Shown here: piece by piece, positions 18,175 through 28,181 of the stretch
Numbering within the stretch: position 1 is the stretch's first letter
How the letters are laid out: every line of letters starts with the position of its first letter
Virus record (IMG/VR): IMGVR_UViG_3300037423_002659
Location: 1-37,468 of that record
From: a virus
Lineage: Duplodnaviria > Caudoviricetes
Length of the DNA stretch: 37,468 nt
Direction: 5' to 3' (one strand)
Notes under the pieces: generated by a model
Seen by the model: only the letters and a program-made list of their open reading frames with translations
Told to the model about the DNA's origin: nothing
Database searches by the model: none
Made by a program: the position numbers and the translations under genes

Positions 18175-18450
18175 TCAGTTCCCCTTCCTATCTGGTTCAA
18201 GGCGGCCTCGGATATAACTCACGTCGACCGCAATTCGGTTCATGTTGTCCTGCATATTGTCGAGACGCTTCTCGACCGAGAAGACCCTTGCATCCACCTG
18301 AGCGAATCGCTCATTCGCATCGGCCTTGCTCTGAAAGTAAGTCGTCAGCCAGAGCGTTAACGACGCGATCGTGAAGCAAGCGGCGACCGTCTCGGCGAGC
18401 GAGAGCCGCCATTTCAACAGTAGATTCGGCTCCTCAGAGACCTTTTGCAT
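18175..18450 (-). CDS. Membrane-anchored coiled-coil protein
   Basis: One TM helix plus coiled coil; TAATG coupling to the upstream small ORF. Confidence 0.65.
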   Translation of the reverse strand: MQKVSEEPNLLLKWRLSLAETVAACFTIASLTLWLTTYFQSKADANERFAQVDARVFSVEKRLDNMQDNMNRIAVDVSYIRGRLEPDRKGN

Positions 18451-18623
18451 TAATGGCTCCGCATGTACCAAGGGATATCAGCGCACTGGAATAGGCCCTT
18501 ACCGAGAGGCTCGCATCCTTCTTGAATATTCTGCTTCACCCGGTATCTCGCACAGCCAGAAAGAGCGGCACAAAAATAGAGCGCCGCTACCAAGAAGAGA
18601 AGGATAACGATTTGAGCTTTCAT
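18450..18623 (-). CDS. 57-aa lipoprotein (absent from the ORF track)
   Basis: MKAQIVILLFLVAALYFCAALSGCARYRVKQNIQEGCEPLGKGLFQCADIPWYMRSH; lipobox LSGC; RBS GAGGTGAGG; fills the gap exactly. Confidence 0.75.
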   Translation of the reverse strand: MKAQIVILLFLVAALYFCAALSGCARYRVKQNIQEGCEPLGKGLFQCADIPWYMRSH

Positions 18624-18626
18624 TCC

Positions 18627-20579
18627 TCACCTCGGTCCCATGCATAGGACATGAATGGTGTCTGAAGACCCCGCAGCCGTATTGGATACAAACGAGAAGG
18701 TACGAAGTGAAGTAGCCGAAGAAATGGTCGCACTACACGCGCGCGCATTGTTCGTGTTGTCAGTGCAGCTACAACTAGGGCTAGACGAGAATCCCGACAT
18801 CGTCCATGAGCAATCGCCAGCGCCATTTCGTGCTGAAGTTGAAATCCATGAACCGCTTTGCGAGGTGACGTTGCATGCAGCTCCAGTGTCCACAAGAGTT
18901 GCGCGCTCAATGCGCTCAATGCTCGTAGAATTGGTCACGACCTCACCTTTAAGAAACGGGTTGAGACTAACCTCAGCTGGCGAGGCCGCCCACGTACCGG
19001 CAGTAGTTTGGCTCGATTTAATTCGGCCGATCAGCCGGAGAGGCTTGGAAGTCTGAGCCGACGAGGTATAGAGGACGCTGTAAGAGTCTGCCGCTCCCGC
19101 TCCGCCTTCAGCGGTTGATGATTGAAGACTGCCATCATCAAAGAGCACGCTCGATACACCGAGAACAACCGTGCCCGCGTTGTCGAGGGCATAGACGTAG
19201 ATGTATGAGGTAACTCCGTTCTGAGTGCCCAGAGTCGAACCAGACGACACTGTAAGAGACAATGCACCTGTGACCGATCGCTGATTGTAGGTCCCCGTCG
19301 TTGCAGTCGAGTTTCTGAAACCGATCAATACCGGTGATCCTGCCGAAGGATCGGAGCCGGCCGAATCCTTGAGCGCAATCGTCATGGCGTTGGCGGCTAC
19401 TGACACTGACAAGGAGAGGTTTGAATTCTGGTCACTCGCACTAGGAGCCGAAGCCGGTGTTGCCCACTTTACACCGGTAGATTGTGCTGAGTCCGCTGTC
19501 AGTACCTGACCATCCGATCCAACCGCGAGCCGAGTCGGGCTTGATGCACCGGAGGTCGCGAGGATGTCACCCTTCGTGGTGAATGTGGATTTGGCGACCT
19601 TCGCATCCAGCTGCGTTTGCACATCCGAGGTCGTCGTTGAGAGATAGCCGAGCTGCGTGGCTGTCGTCGCCGAGTGTGTCGGGATTCCGTTCGCATCTGA
19701 CACGAGTGCTCGCGATGCAGTGATCGCGGTGGCCTCGACAATTGCTCCGCCGGATGACTGCATCACTCGGTTGTTATTGAGCGCCGTGGCCGAGTTCGTT
19801 CCTCCATTCGCCACAGGGAGAGTTCCAGTCACCGCACTCGTGAGTGGAATATTGGTGAAGGTGTTGCCAGACCCACTCATTGCTTTGTTGGTCAATGTGT
19901 CCGTGGTCGCGCGCCCAACCAGTGTGTCGGTCGAAGTAGGAAGCGAAAGAGTTCCTGTATTCGAGATCGTCGAGATGACCGGCGTCGTCAGCGTCTTGTT
20001 GGTCAGCGTCTGTGTCGTATCGGTCCCGACAAGAGTCGTGCTCGCATCGGGAACAGTGAGTGTTCGAGTCGTAGCCGTCGTGATTCCACTCAACTGGAAC
20101 GCAAGCTTCTTTGTCGAATCAGCGTCATCAAAGAGATTGAAGAGCGAGTCTTTGAAAAGAGGACCGCTCGAGCTCGCAAGCACGAATCCGTTGTACGTGA
20201 GCTGGTCCGATGAGTCGACACTGAGAAGCAAGTTTCCTGAGTTCACAGCGTTTCGCCAGCCGATCGATTCGGCGTTCCCAAGACGGAGAATACCTGCGGT
20301 CGGCAAATTCGATGCTCGCGACTTGAAATAACCTGACTTCAAGCCAAACGACGATCCGAAGTCGACATCAGCATTGAGCGAGAACGTGCCGCCCGATGGC
20401 TGAAGCGTGTACTGCGAGATCGCTTGGATCCATGCCGTGACGTTCGTTCCCCACCCCTTTTCGTTCGTCTGAGGGATGGTGTGGTTCGTACCGTTCACGG
20501 TGACTGTGACGGACGCAAATGCAAAAAGCGGCACGAGGATCACCAGTGCCGCGAGGATGCGCTTCAACGAAGGACGCAT
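18627..20579 (-). CDS. Tail fibre-like Thr/Ser-rich protein with N-terminal signal-peptide-like sequence
   Basis: [19 protein letters not shown] and TTKGDIL...[15 protein letters not shown] fibre motifs; [23 protein letters not shown]-terminus; RBS AGGAG. Confidence 0.75.
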   Translation of the reverse strand: MRPSLKRILAALVILVPLFAFASVTVTVNGTNHTIPQTNEKGWGTNVTAWIQAISQYTLQPSGGTFSLNADVDFGSSFGLKSGYFKSRASNLPTAGILRLGNAESIGWRNAVNSGNLLLSVDSSDQLTYNGFVLASSSGPLFKDSLFNLFDDADSTKKLAFQLSGITTATTRTLTVPDASTTLVGTDTTQTLTNKTLTTPVISTISNTGTLSLPTSTDTLVGRATTDTLTNKAMSGSGNTFTNIPLTSAVTGTLPVANGGTNSATALNNNRVMQSSGGAIVEATAITASRALVSDANGIPTHSATTATQLGYLSTTTSDVQTQLDAKVAKSTFTTKGDILATSGASSPTRLAVGSDGQVLTADSAQSTGVKWATPASAPSASDQNSNLSLSVSVAANAMTIALKDSAGSDPSAGSPVLIGFRNSTATTGTYNQRSVTGALSLTVSSGSTLGTQNGVTSYIYVYALDNAGTVVLGVSSVLFDDGSLQSSTAEGGAGAADSYSVLYTSSAQTSKPLRLIGRIKSSQTTAGTWAASPAEVSLNPFLKGEVVTNSTSIERIERATLVDTGAACNVTSQSGSWISTSARNGAGDCSWTMSGFSSSPSCSCTDNTNNARACSATISSATSLRTFSFVSNTAAGSSDTIHVLCMGPR

Positions 20580-20593
20580 GAGCTTCTCCTAAT

Positions 20594-20989
20594 TCAGAGC
20601 GACTCCACGATGTAGAGGATCGCTGTTCCTGATTTCGCATTACCGGCATTCGCTACCGTGAAGGTATGAGTGCCGCATAAGAAAGCGGGAATCGATGAGC
20701 CCGAAGGCGTTGGATAGACCTGCTCGGTGTTCGCCGTATCGCGATCAGCTCCGGCACCAGCCAGTGCGTCGATGCTGTTTTCATCGACGAGCGTGATGTC
20801 GTAGTTGTCCGTCGGCGCGGCCGAGCCGCTCGGGACTGTCACCATCTTCAGCAAGAAGCCATAGAGGTTCTCGATTGAGAGGGTGGCGTTCCCAGATGCA
20901 TCCGAGGTCCAAGCGACATTGACCTTGTCGATGTGTTTTCCACGAGGCGCACTCCGCGGATCACGAGTCGCAGTGACTGTTCCAGCCAT
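20594..20989 (-). CDS. Putative virion protein
   Basis: Beta-rich 131 aa; strong RBS AAGGAGGT. Confidence 0.65.
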   Translation of the reverse strand: MAGTVTATRDPRSAPRGKHIDKVNVAWTSDASGNATLSIENLYGFLLKMVTVPSGSAAPTDNYDITLVDENSIDALAGAGADRDTANTEQVYPTPSGSSIPAFLCGTHTFTVANAGNAKSGTAILYIVESL

Positions 20990-21001
20990 CAGACACCTCC
21001 T

Positions 21002-21538
21002 TTAAGACGCCGAGCCGTAGTAGTGAGTCTTCTCAGCTTCGGAATTCGTACCACCTGCCATGCGAGCAGCACTCACCGAGCCATGCGCGGAGATGGCAAG
21101 TGTCACCCCATTTCCAAGCTCACCCGGGAAAAGAGCCGTGAGAGTCACGACACCAGACGCCGAAGTCGCTACGACCATTCCGTCGAGCGTGGTGTTGGCA
21201 TTGATCGCGGCAGCGAGAGCATCTGCCGTTAAAGCATCGCTTGCCCCTACGTTGTACTGGTTCCCCGTGGCACCCGATGCAACGCAGGTGAACGTGATGC
21301 CGTTAACGGTGACGGTGTCAGTTGCAACGTGCGAAGAGAGAGTGATCGTGCCCGTGGCCTTTACAGCATTCACGCACACTTTCACTGTCGCTTGCCGAGC
21401 GCCGCCCATAAGTGAGCGGAGATAGTTCATGAGCTTTTTGCCAGCCAAGAAACGATTCCCGGTCTCTGCATGAACAAGCGCCTGCATGTCCGCAGAAGAT
21501 TCGGGCTGATCAAGGATGATCATCGATTGAATCGACAT
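21002..21538 (-). CDS. Putative capsid decoration / virion protein
   Basis: Ala/Thr/Gly-rich, immediately after the major capsid gene; RBS GAGGAG. Confidence 0.65.
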   Translation of the reverse strand: MSIQSMIILDQPESSADMQALVHAETGNRFLAGKKLMNYLRSLMGGARQATVKVCVNAVKATGTITLSSHVATDTVTVNGITFTCVASGATGNQYNVGASDALTADALAAAINANTTLDGMVVATSASGVVTLTALFPGELGNGVTLAISAHGSVSAARMAGGTNSEAEKTHYYGSAS

Positions 21539-21562
21539 AAATAAGACTCCTCATATGAGCCA

Positions 21563-21595
21563 GGGAGCGGGTGCCCCTTTCAGGGCCCCGCTCTC
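21563..21595 (-). terminator. GC-rich hairpin after the capsid gene (no U-tract; attenuator or stabiliser)
   Basis: GAGAGCGGGGCCC-TGAAA-GGGGCACCCGCTCCC. Confidence 0.4.
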
Positions 21596-21615
21596 TGATG
21601 TTTTGTGGTTCAGGA

Positions 21616-22839
21616 TCAGACGGTCGTGTTCACGATGCCCGTGAACAGGATGTTCTGTGCGGGGGTCTCGGAGATGATGCCCTGGTTGGTGTAGATACGA
21701 GCCTCAACACCAGCCTTCGACTGGAGATGGAACCAGGGAGTGCCGCCGAAGCCAGGAGCGCCAAGCTCGAGGTCGACAGAGCCCACGCGGCGCCAGCCAG
21801 GCGTGAAGACAGCGTGTCCAAAGCCCTCTTTCACCATCGGGTGAGAGTGGACAACGGTTACGCCGTTCTGCGAGCGGTACTCGATCTCCTCGGTACCGAT
21901 CGAGACCTTGCGAACATCCTTTTCAGACGTAACGCGAAGAGCTTCGATCGAAGTCTGGAGGTCGTCCCATGCGCCCGGGTTCAAGAAGAGGTCGATCTTG
22001 CCGTAAAGGCCCTTACCGACCGCCTTCGAGATGCCCTTTTTCAGAGCGCCGAACGAGAATGCACCGCCGACAGCGTGGCTTGTGCCCTTCCAGAGCGAAT
22101 AGGTCGCTGCATCAATGCCGAAGAGCGAGCCCGTGTTGTTCTGGATGTAATGGATGCCGAGCAGTTCGTTGCCGTATCCACCTTTCACGCGGATCACGTC
22201 GCCCGCAGCGCAGCCAGTGACTGTGCCCGAGAGCGTGATCTTCTTGTTCTCGATATCGACGCCCGCGATCGTGACGGTGCCACGAACAGTCGAGGTCGTG
22301 CTCTGGTGAACGTCGATCTCAGCGCCTTCAAGGCCAGCCCAGATCTGCGGCGCCCACTGCGCGGTGGTGATGACAACCGACGGATCGCCCGAGGTGTAGG
22401 TGCCAACAGTTCCGATGCCCATGCCGCCGTAAAGGAGCATCGTCTCAAGTCGCTTGCGCGCCGAGAGCTGCAGGCCTTCGTAGAAAAACTCGGTACCGTT
22501 GACGAACGAGCGCTCACCTTTTACGGCTTTGCCAGCATCCTCGTACGACATCTGATCGCGGAGCAGGATCTGATAAGGATCCATCTCGGCGTTCTTCTGT
22601 GTACCGGCCTTCGCGTCATTCAGCGAGAACGCTCCCGCGGTGCCGTCGCCTTTCGCGTGGGTGAAGCCGTTCGGGTACGCGAGGCGCACGCCAACGACGA
22701 ACTTGGAGCCGAGCTTCTCCTTTTCAGAGAAAGGGATCAGCTTTTGGATCTTCGCCACTTCCGGGATGAGGTTCGGAAGCGGGCGCTTCGAGTACACTTT
22801 TTTGTGAAGACTATTTAGATCCTCTACAACGTCAGCCAT
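21616..22839 (-). CDS. Major capsid protein
   Basis: 407 aa after portal and scaffold; LFGIDAATYSLWKG motif typical of this P22-coat-like group. Confidence 0.8.
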   Translation of the reverse strand: MADVVEDLNSLHKKVYSKRPLPNLIPEVAKIQKLIPFSEKEKLGSKFVVGVRLAYPNGFTHAKGDGTAGAFSLNDAKAGTQKNAEMDPYQILLRDQMSYEDAGKAVKGERSFVNGTEFFYEGLQLSARKRLETMLLYGGMGIGTVGTYTSGDPSVVITTAQWAPQIWAGLEGAEIDVHQSTTSTVRGTVTIAGVDIENKKITLSGTVTGCAAGDVIRVKGGYGNELLGIHYIQNNTGSLFGIDAATYSLWKGTSHAVGGAFSFGALKKGISKAVGKGLYGKIDLFLNPGAWDDLQTSIEALRVTSEKDVRKVSIGTEEIEYRSQNGVTVVHSHPMVKEGFGHAVFTPGWRRVGSVDLELGAPGFGGTPWFHLQSKAGVEARIYTNQGIISETPAQNILFTGIVNTTV

Positions 22840-22938
22840 TGAAAACTCCTGAGTGAATCCTCCGGAGCCGGCTGAAGGCGTTGTAAATCTTGAAGCTCGA
22901 TACGAGTGCGGGATCGCCTCGAGCGATTAATTTTTTTG

Positions 22939-24009
22939 TCAGTCCCTGAGATCGTCACGGAGAGACTTTAGGTACTCTCGGTACTCGAACTCATTCATGG
23001 GTTTTGATTTCTGGATCTTGTGGCTTGCAGGCTGATTGCCTGGGCGCTGCTGGTCCTTCTGATTAGGTACCGAGGACCGACCGGTCACACGGGCCACATC
23101 GAAGTCGCGAAGTTTCTGAAGGGTCTGCTTCCCGAGAACTTCTTGGATACCCTGCGGGTCCATCGACTCGAGAATTTCAGATACCGACTTCAGAAAGTCT
23201 TTCTTAACGATAGCAGCAGCCTCCTTTGCCTGTAAAGGCTGTTTCGTGCGCCGCTGGTGCGAGAGAATCGTCGCCGCCATAAGTTGCACGAAGTACTTGT
23301 GTTTCGGGAGGCCAGATTCTTTCCAAGCTCCGCCAATCTCGGAGTCGAGTGTCTCCTGCTCTTTCGCGTTCACCTGCTTTTGACTGTCGAGAATTTCAAG
23401 AAGCCGCTCTTTAGGTAGACGCTTAATCTCTTCCGGCGCCTTTGATCCGACGAGCTCTTCAATTTGCGAGATGAGTTCAGCCTTCGACTGCATCTCAGCG
23501 CGCTCGCGGTTTTCCTTCTCTTCTTTCAGTTCTGCGAGCTCGCGTTGCTCCGGCGTCATCTGCGCACGCTCGTACTTTCGAGCAAGCCGATTCTCAGCGA
23601 AAGTGTCGGCATCAAGGCCGGTCAGCTCAAAGAACTTGTCAGGGTCGTCCTTCGCAAGCTGAACGAGAGCAGCAGCACGTTTTCTCTCCTGTGCTGCCTC
23701 CTGCATCCGCTTTTGCGAGACCTGCTCGAGCTGCACGCGCTTGAGCGCCTCTCGAACGCTCATTTTCTCAACCTTGCCGTCAAGCTTCACCGTCACGAGC
23801 GCGTCGAGATCTTGCTCGCCGAGCTCTTTCAGTTGTTGCTTTGCGGACTTCTGAGTCGCTTTCTTCTGAGTTTGGCTCGCGCCTGAGTCCTCTTGGATCT
23901 CTTGCGCGTCCGCGCTGTCGTTCTCGAGCGATTCATTGTCGATTTCGGTCGTCTCGAGTGATTCGTCGCTCGATTCGGCCGGAGTTGCGTCCATGGCTGC
24001 TTCTGCCAT
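22939..24009 (-). CDS. Scaffolding protein
   Basis: Acidic N-terminus, VKLDGKVEKMS motif, coiled coils; between portal and capsid. Confidence 0.75.
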   Translation of the reverse strand: MAEAAMDATPAESSDESLETTEIDNESLENDSADAQEIQEDSGASQTQKKATQKSAKQQLKELGEQDLDALVTVKLDGKVEKMSVREALKRVQLEQVSQKRMQEAAQERKRAAALVQLAKDDPDKFFELTGLDADTFAENRLARKYERAQMTPEQRELAELKEEKENRERAEMQSKAELISQIEELVGSKAPEEIKRLPKERLLEILDSQKQVNAKEQETLDSEIGGAWKESGLPKHKYFVQLMAATILSHQRRTKQPLQAKEAAAIVKKDFLKSVSEILESMDPQGIQEVLGKQTLQKLRDFDVARVTGRSSVPNQKDQQRPGNQPASHKIQKSKPMNEFEYREYLKSLRDDLRD

Positions 24010-24021
24010 TGGGAATCCTCC

Positions 24022-24162
24022 TCATTTCTCAAATTTTTGCCGTTCTTCAGCGCGACAGCATTCAGCGCAAATTGAATACGTGATTGTCTTGTTTCGCGGA
24101 CGGCGGCCCTGAAAGATCGTTTTCCCACACTCTCTGCAGACGACCTTCCCGTGCTTTTTCAC
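24022..24162 (-). CDS. 46-aa zinc-ribbon protein (absent from the ORF track)
   Basis: GTG start; MKKHGKVVCRECGKTIFQGRRPRNKTITYSICAECCRAEERQKFEK with CxxC...CxxC; fills the portal-scaffold gap. Confidence 0.6.
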   Translation of the reverse strand: MKKHGKVVCRECGKTIFQGRRPRNKTITYSICAECCRAEERQKFEK

Positions 24163-24165
24163 CGC

Positions 24166-26226
24166 TCACCCCATCATTGGACTGGCTTGTGGAAGATCGG
24201 GCATGTCAGGAATCGGTGGAGCATCCGGCGGCTGCTGAGGCGGCCCTGCCGGAGGCGGTGGAAGCGGAGGTCCGCCTGGCCCCGGAGGCGGCATCATTCC
24301 CGGCGGAGGCATCGGCGGAGGAGGTGGCGGTTCGCCAGAGATCACCGCAAAGAACGGATCCTGCGTCTCGTGGAGCTGCTTGTGCTCAGCGATGTGCGCA
24401 AGGGTGTTCTGCACGATCCTCAGAGCAAAGGGGTCACCCTCAGCCTGCTTTGCGCGAATGAGCGGGTCATTGAGGATCGAGCGATGCTCCTGAGCGTGGA
24501 GGATGTGCTTGTCACCCACGAGTGCCTTCGCTGGTTTTCCATCCATTAGATCTTCGTTCTCTTTTCGGATGAGGTCGTTCTCAGTCTCCGGTGCTTCAGT
24601 CGCAGGATCGAGATTTCCTGTCTTGGCGACGGTGAAGTACTGCTGAGGATTCTTCAGCATCCCTTTGTCGAGGAGCTTGTCGGCAAGGTCCTGGCGTCCA
24701 GCAGCTGTGCGCGTGAGCGGGTTTCCAAGGTCCACAGCGACTCCACTGATGCCAGAGAGACTATCACCGTTGAACGCAGCCATCGCCGATCTGTTCATCT
24801 TTCCTACGCGGCCCGCAATGCGCTCAGTCTTCGCGAAACGCTGAAGCAGGAAGAACATGAAGCTTCCGCCATCCTCGAGGAGCTCAGCCCACGAGCGCTG
24901 GAAGTTCGACGAGAACTGAATTGCCATGGCCTGCATGCGACCGAGCGCTGCGCCTGACTTCAGGTTCTCCTGAGGATCTCCACGCACAACCGAGTTCACG
25001 CCAGAGAGCTTCTCCATCGCTCCTTCGACCACCTCAAGGTTCTTAAAAACCTCCGCGGGTGTCGCCGTGAGCTGAAGCGCCTCGGGCTTTGTTCCTGGCA
25101 GTCCGCCCTTCAAGATCGTGGCACCACGACCGAGCTGCTCGCCCGCAACTTCACACCCTTCAGGTAGCCAAATCGCTTGAGCCGCGAATGCCTGCTGATT
25201 CGAGAACGGAATCGAGATCAGGACGTTGTAGACCTCTTGGAGAGCCATAAGGTCGTTCGCTGGAGTGTATCCCTCGCCTGAGTCGAACATGACTCCAGGA
25301 GTGATTCGAAACTCCGGGATGCGATCTTCGTATGGAGTCGCGCCGTCGTAGAGTTCAATCTCCCCATTCAAGAACTTCGTGAATCGCCCGTTCTTAAGAG
25401 CGTCGGTGGTCTTGTGCACGAAGTAGTAAACCGGGACGAGATCATCCTCGCAGTCGTTATCTTCCTCCATGCCGGTGATATCTTTGATTCCCGTTCCAGC
25501 AAGTTCATCCTCAGATGAAAGACTCAAGATCTGGTCAGCCTTGTCCGGATGACGAGCAGCGAGATCCCACTTGTTCTCCCACTCTCTCCACCAAATCCAA
25601 TTTCGCTTGGAGTAGTCTTTGAGGCTCGTGTCGTAGCCAACGTCCATCGGGCCTTTTGCACGACAGTTGATGTCGCCCTCGTAGACGACCTTTTCTCTCG
25701 GCATACCGTTCTCATCAGCAACGGGAGCGCCTTCATTATCTAGGACCGGCGTCGTCGTGTACGGACGACCAAGGCTCGGATCCCAAGTCTCGATCACGTG
25801 ACCACGATCAAGGACGAGAGCGCGCTCGGCAGCTTCGACGAAGTAGCGATTCATTCGCTTCTCATCGAGATAGCTGTCGAGCACGATCGCACCGACTTTG
25901 GTTCTCTGAATTACTTCGAGATCAGTATTCTCTGCGCGAGGTTCGAAGTCTGGCTTTTGGGCCGTGGTCAACGCCAAGACGTGCTGAACGAGATTTCGGA
26001 AGTGATTCACTCCGAATGCAGTGAGTTCACCGTCATCGCCAACGAGCTCAACTGAGCCGGAGCTCAATGAGTCTTCACCGAGATGGCGGCCGTAATAGAG
26101 ATCGTACTTGCGTTCCCAGCGCCTACGAAGGCCCTTCTTCTCGATGTAGCGATTGTACTTCTTGATGCGTTTGGCGATTTCAGGAAGGAACTCAGCGGTC
26201 GGAAGGCTCGCCCAGTACTGCTTCAC
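24166..26226 (-). CDS. Portal protein
   Basis: 686 aa directly after TerL; SGVNSVVRG...SGAAL motif; Pro-rich tail as in P22-like portals. Confidence 0.85.
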   Translation of the reverse strand: MKQYWASLPTAEFLPEIAKRIKKYNRYIEKKGLRRRWERKYDLYYGRHLGEDSLSSGSVELVGDDGELTAFGVNHFRNLVQHVLALTTAQKPDFEPRAENTDLEVIQRTKVGAIVLDSYLDEKRMNRYFVEAAERALVLDRGHVIETWDPSLGRPYTTTPVLDNEGAPVADENGMPREKVVYEGDINCRAKGPMDVGYDTSLKDYSKRNWIWWREWENKWDLAARHPDKADQILSLSSEDELAGTGIKDITGMEEDNDCEDDLVPVYYFVHKTTDALKNGRFTKFLNGEIELYDGATPYEDRIPEFRITPGVMFDSGEGYTPANDLMALQEVYNVLISIPFSNQQAFAAQAIWLPEGCEVAGEQLGRGATILKGGLPGTKPEALQLTATPAEVFKNLEVVEGAMEKLSGVNSVVRGDPQENLKSGAALGRMQAMAIQFSSNFQRSWAELLEDGGSFMFFLLQRFAKTERIAGRVGKMNRSAMAAFNGDSLSGISGVAVDLGNPLTRTAAGRQDLADKLLDKGMLKNPQQYFTVAKTGNLDPATEAPETENDLIRKENEDLMDGKPAKALVGDKHILHAQEHRSILNDPLIRAKQAEGDPFALRIVQNTLAHIAEHKQLHETQDPFFAVISGEPPPPPPMPPPGMMPPPGPGGPPLPPPPAGPPQQPPDAPPIPDMPDLPQASPMMG

Positions 26227-27734
26227 CTGATTCTCCTCGTCTTAGGGCCGAAGAGCTTTGCGAGAGCGTCTTCGGTAGTCCCCTGCGAGCCGGATACAGG
26301 TGGCAAGTGATGAGTGTACGGGTTCAATCCGTGATACTGCGGGATTGGATTGAACTTCGTGTCTATACAACGATTAAGGTAGAGCGCCGCCGCAATGGCG
26401 TCAAGGTGACCTAGCCCTTCTGTCCGCCGGAAGTCGGTCTTCATGTGGTCCTTCCACATCCCGACCCGCATTTGCTCTCTGAGATTCACGCATTTGCTTT
26501 TGACTTTGAACCGTCGGAGACCGACATCGGCTCGCCAAGCATGGATGGCGGCTCGCTTGTCAGTTTTGTCCGCCGGAGCCATTGGATACTTGTAATCAGC
26601 GTAAAGATCGAAAATTACCTGCTTGTCTGAATCGTAAACGCGCTTGCGCGGTTTCGGCATGTATGTCTCAAAGAGCTTTTGGACCTTTTCCTTCGTTTCA
26701 GCAACGTCGACTCTGGCTGCCAAGTCCTTAAAGTCGATCGTCCGATCCGAACCCCAGAGTTCGAGTTCCTTTAATTTTGCAAGACTCGTGATTACACCCG
26801 TCGTTTGACCATTCACCACGATTTCGTCTTCGACGATGAACTCGGCTTTGAGGAAGTCGTAATAGCCGAAGAGAATGGCGGTATTGTCGTCAGCACCTGA
26901 GTCACCGCCAACGTACGTCGTGAAAAATTCCGGCCGCGGGTAATCGTCTGGCACGACATTGCCACCGTCGCCGACGATGTCAGAATATTCGGGCACTACG
27001 AGAAGCTCAGGATCGGCAACCTCTTCACATAAACGTTCTCGACGGAACGAGGGCGAATCAACTCCGCCTGACTCCTCAATGATCTCCTGAAGCTCTTCTG
27101 GCGTGAGCGTCTCTTTGTCATAGATCGTCTTCGAGACGAATCGACTGCGACGTTTTGCTTCCTTCTTTTCTTTGTAGTAGGCGTGTCCAAGTTCTTCAGC
27201 CGGTGTCGAAGCTTTGATGAGCCAGCGGCCCTCTTGTCCTTCAAGCTGAGGGAGAAGGCAGGACTTTACAACATATGTCGGATCAGTCCAAAACCCGTAC
27301 TCGTCACAAATCAAGATGTTCGCCGCAGGACCGCGAGCAGAGTTTCCGCGGTCCTCGTTCACGCCTCGAATAAATAGTCTCGACCCACCTGGGCCCTCAA
27401 ATACTGAGTCGACCATCTTGTATTCAAACCGATAGCCCGCCGGTGCCCAGGTTTGGATCTTCTCCATCTCCGGGATCATGACCTCTCGTGCCTGGTTCTT
27501 GTTCGGAAAGCACCATCGACAGATCCAACCAGGATGCCGGAGAAGTTGTTCAAGTACGAACGTGAGAAGCGACGTGGTCTTGCCGAAGCGTCGAGCAGCC
27601 TCCACAAATGGATAGTGCTCGCGCACGAGAAGATCATAGATGTCCAACTGCGAATCGCGAAGATACCAGGCTGCGATAATCCCGTTGGCCCACAGCGCAC
27701 TTCGAGACCGCGCCGCTTCTGGAGAAAGAATCAT
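26223..27734 (-). CDS. terL: Terminase large subunit
   Basis: Walker A ARRFGKT, Walker B ILICDE, coupling motif ASTP, nuclease GGDSG...D and HLDAIAA. Confidence 0.92.
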   Translation of the reverse strand: MILSPEAARSRSALWANGIIAAWYLRDSQLDIYDLLVREHYPFVEAARRFGKTTSLLTFVLEQLLRHPGWICRWCFPNKNQAREVMIPEMEKIQTWAPAGYRFEYKMVDSVFEGPGGSRLFIRGVNEDRGNSARGPAANILICDEYGFWTDPTYVVKSCLLPQLEGQEGRWLIKASTPAEELGHAYYKEKKEAKRRSRFVSKTIYDKETLTPEELQEIIEESGGVDSPSFRRERLCEEVADPELLVVPEYSDIVGDGGNVVPDDYPRPEFFTTYVGGDSGADDNTAILFGYYDFLKAEFIVEDEIVVNGQTTGVITSLAKLKELELWGSDRTIDFKDLAARVDVAETKEKVQKLFETYMPKPRKRVYDSDKQVIFDLYADYKYPMAPADKTDKRAAIHAWRADVGLRRFKVKSKCVNLREQMRVGMWKDHMKTDFRRTEGLGHLDAIAAALYLNRCIDTKFNPIPQYHGLNPYTHHLPPVSGSQGTTEDALAKLFGPKTRRIR

Positions 27735-28171
27735 TACTGGCCCACGAACTTCGCTCTCAAAGCATCGATCGCGACGTTCCGCTCATGGATCACTGCTGTG
27801 TGAGCCTTGTCGACTGTAGCGAGAAGCTCCTCGAACTTGGCCAGCATCTCAGCCTTAATCGGGCCATCATCAGCGTGTTTCATCAACTCAGCGAATGGTA
27901 CCTTTTCAAGTTCACGCTCAACTTTGTCAGCAGCGACACTCGCCGTGTGCATGATGTTTGTAAGCTCAGTGAAGATCTCTGTCGCGACCGAGGTGACTGC
28001 CGCCTTCACCGCCTCTGCATGCTGAGCCTCGGTGTACTTTGCTCCTCCAGCTGCTGCGATGTCTTCACGCTCAAGACGACGGCCGTAGCCGACGTATTTC
28101 ATGAATGTCACGCGCATGTGTTCGGTATCGCGTCCAACTTCGTTATCAATCAGGTTGCTGACTTCGCTCAT
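27734..28171 (-). CDS. Hypothetical helical protein
   Basis: RBS GAGGAGG; TAATG coupling to terL. Confidence 0.7.
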   Translation of the reverse strand: MSEVSNLIDNEVGRDTEHMRVTFMKYVGYGRRLEREDIAAAGGAKYTEAQHAEAVKAAVTSVATEIFTELTNIMHTASVAADKVERELEKVPFAELMKHADDGPIKAEMLAKFEELLATVDKAHTAVIHERNVAIDALRAKFVGQ

Positions 28172-28181
28172 TGCATCCTCC

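Noticed and set aside
19353-19360. Extra GGAGCCGG seed-B site inside the fibre gene
   Set aside because: Within coding sequence, no nearby start codon or ACCCGC box noticed; likely chance
21571-22818. 415-aa plus-strand ORF
   Set aside because: Antisense shadow of the major capsid gene with no recognisable motifs
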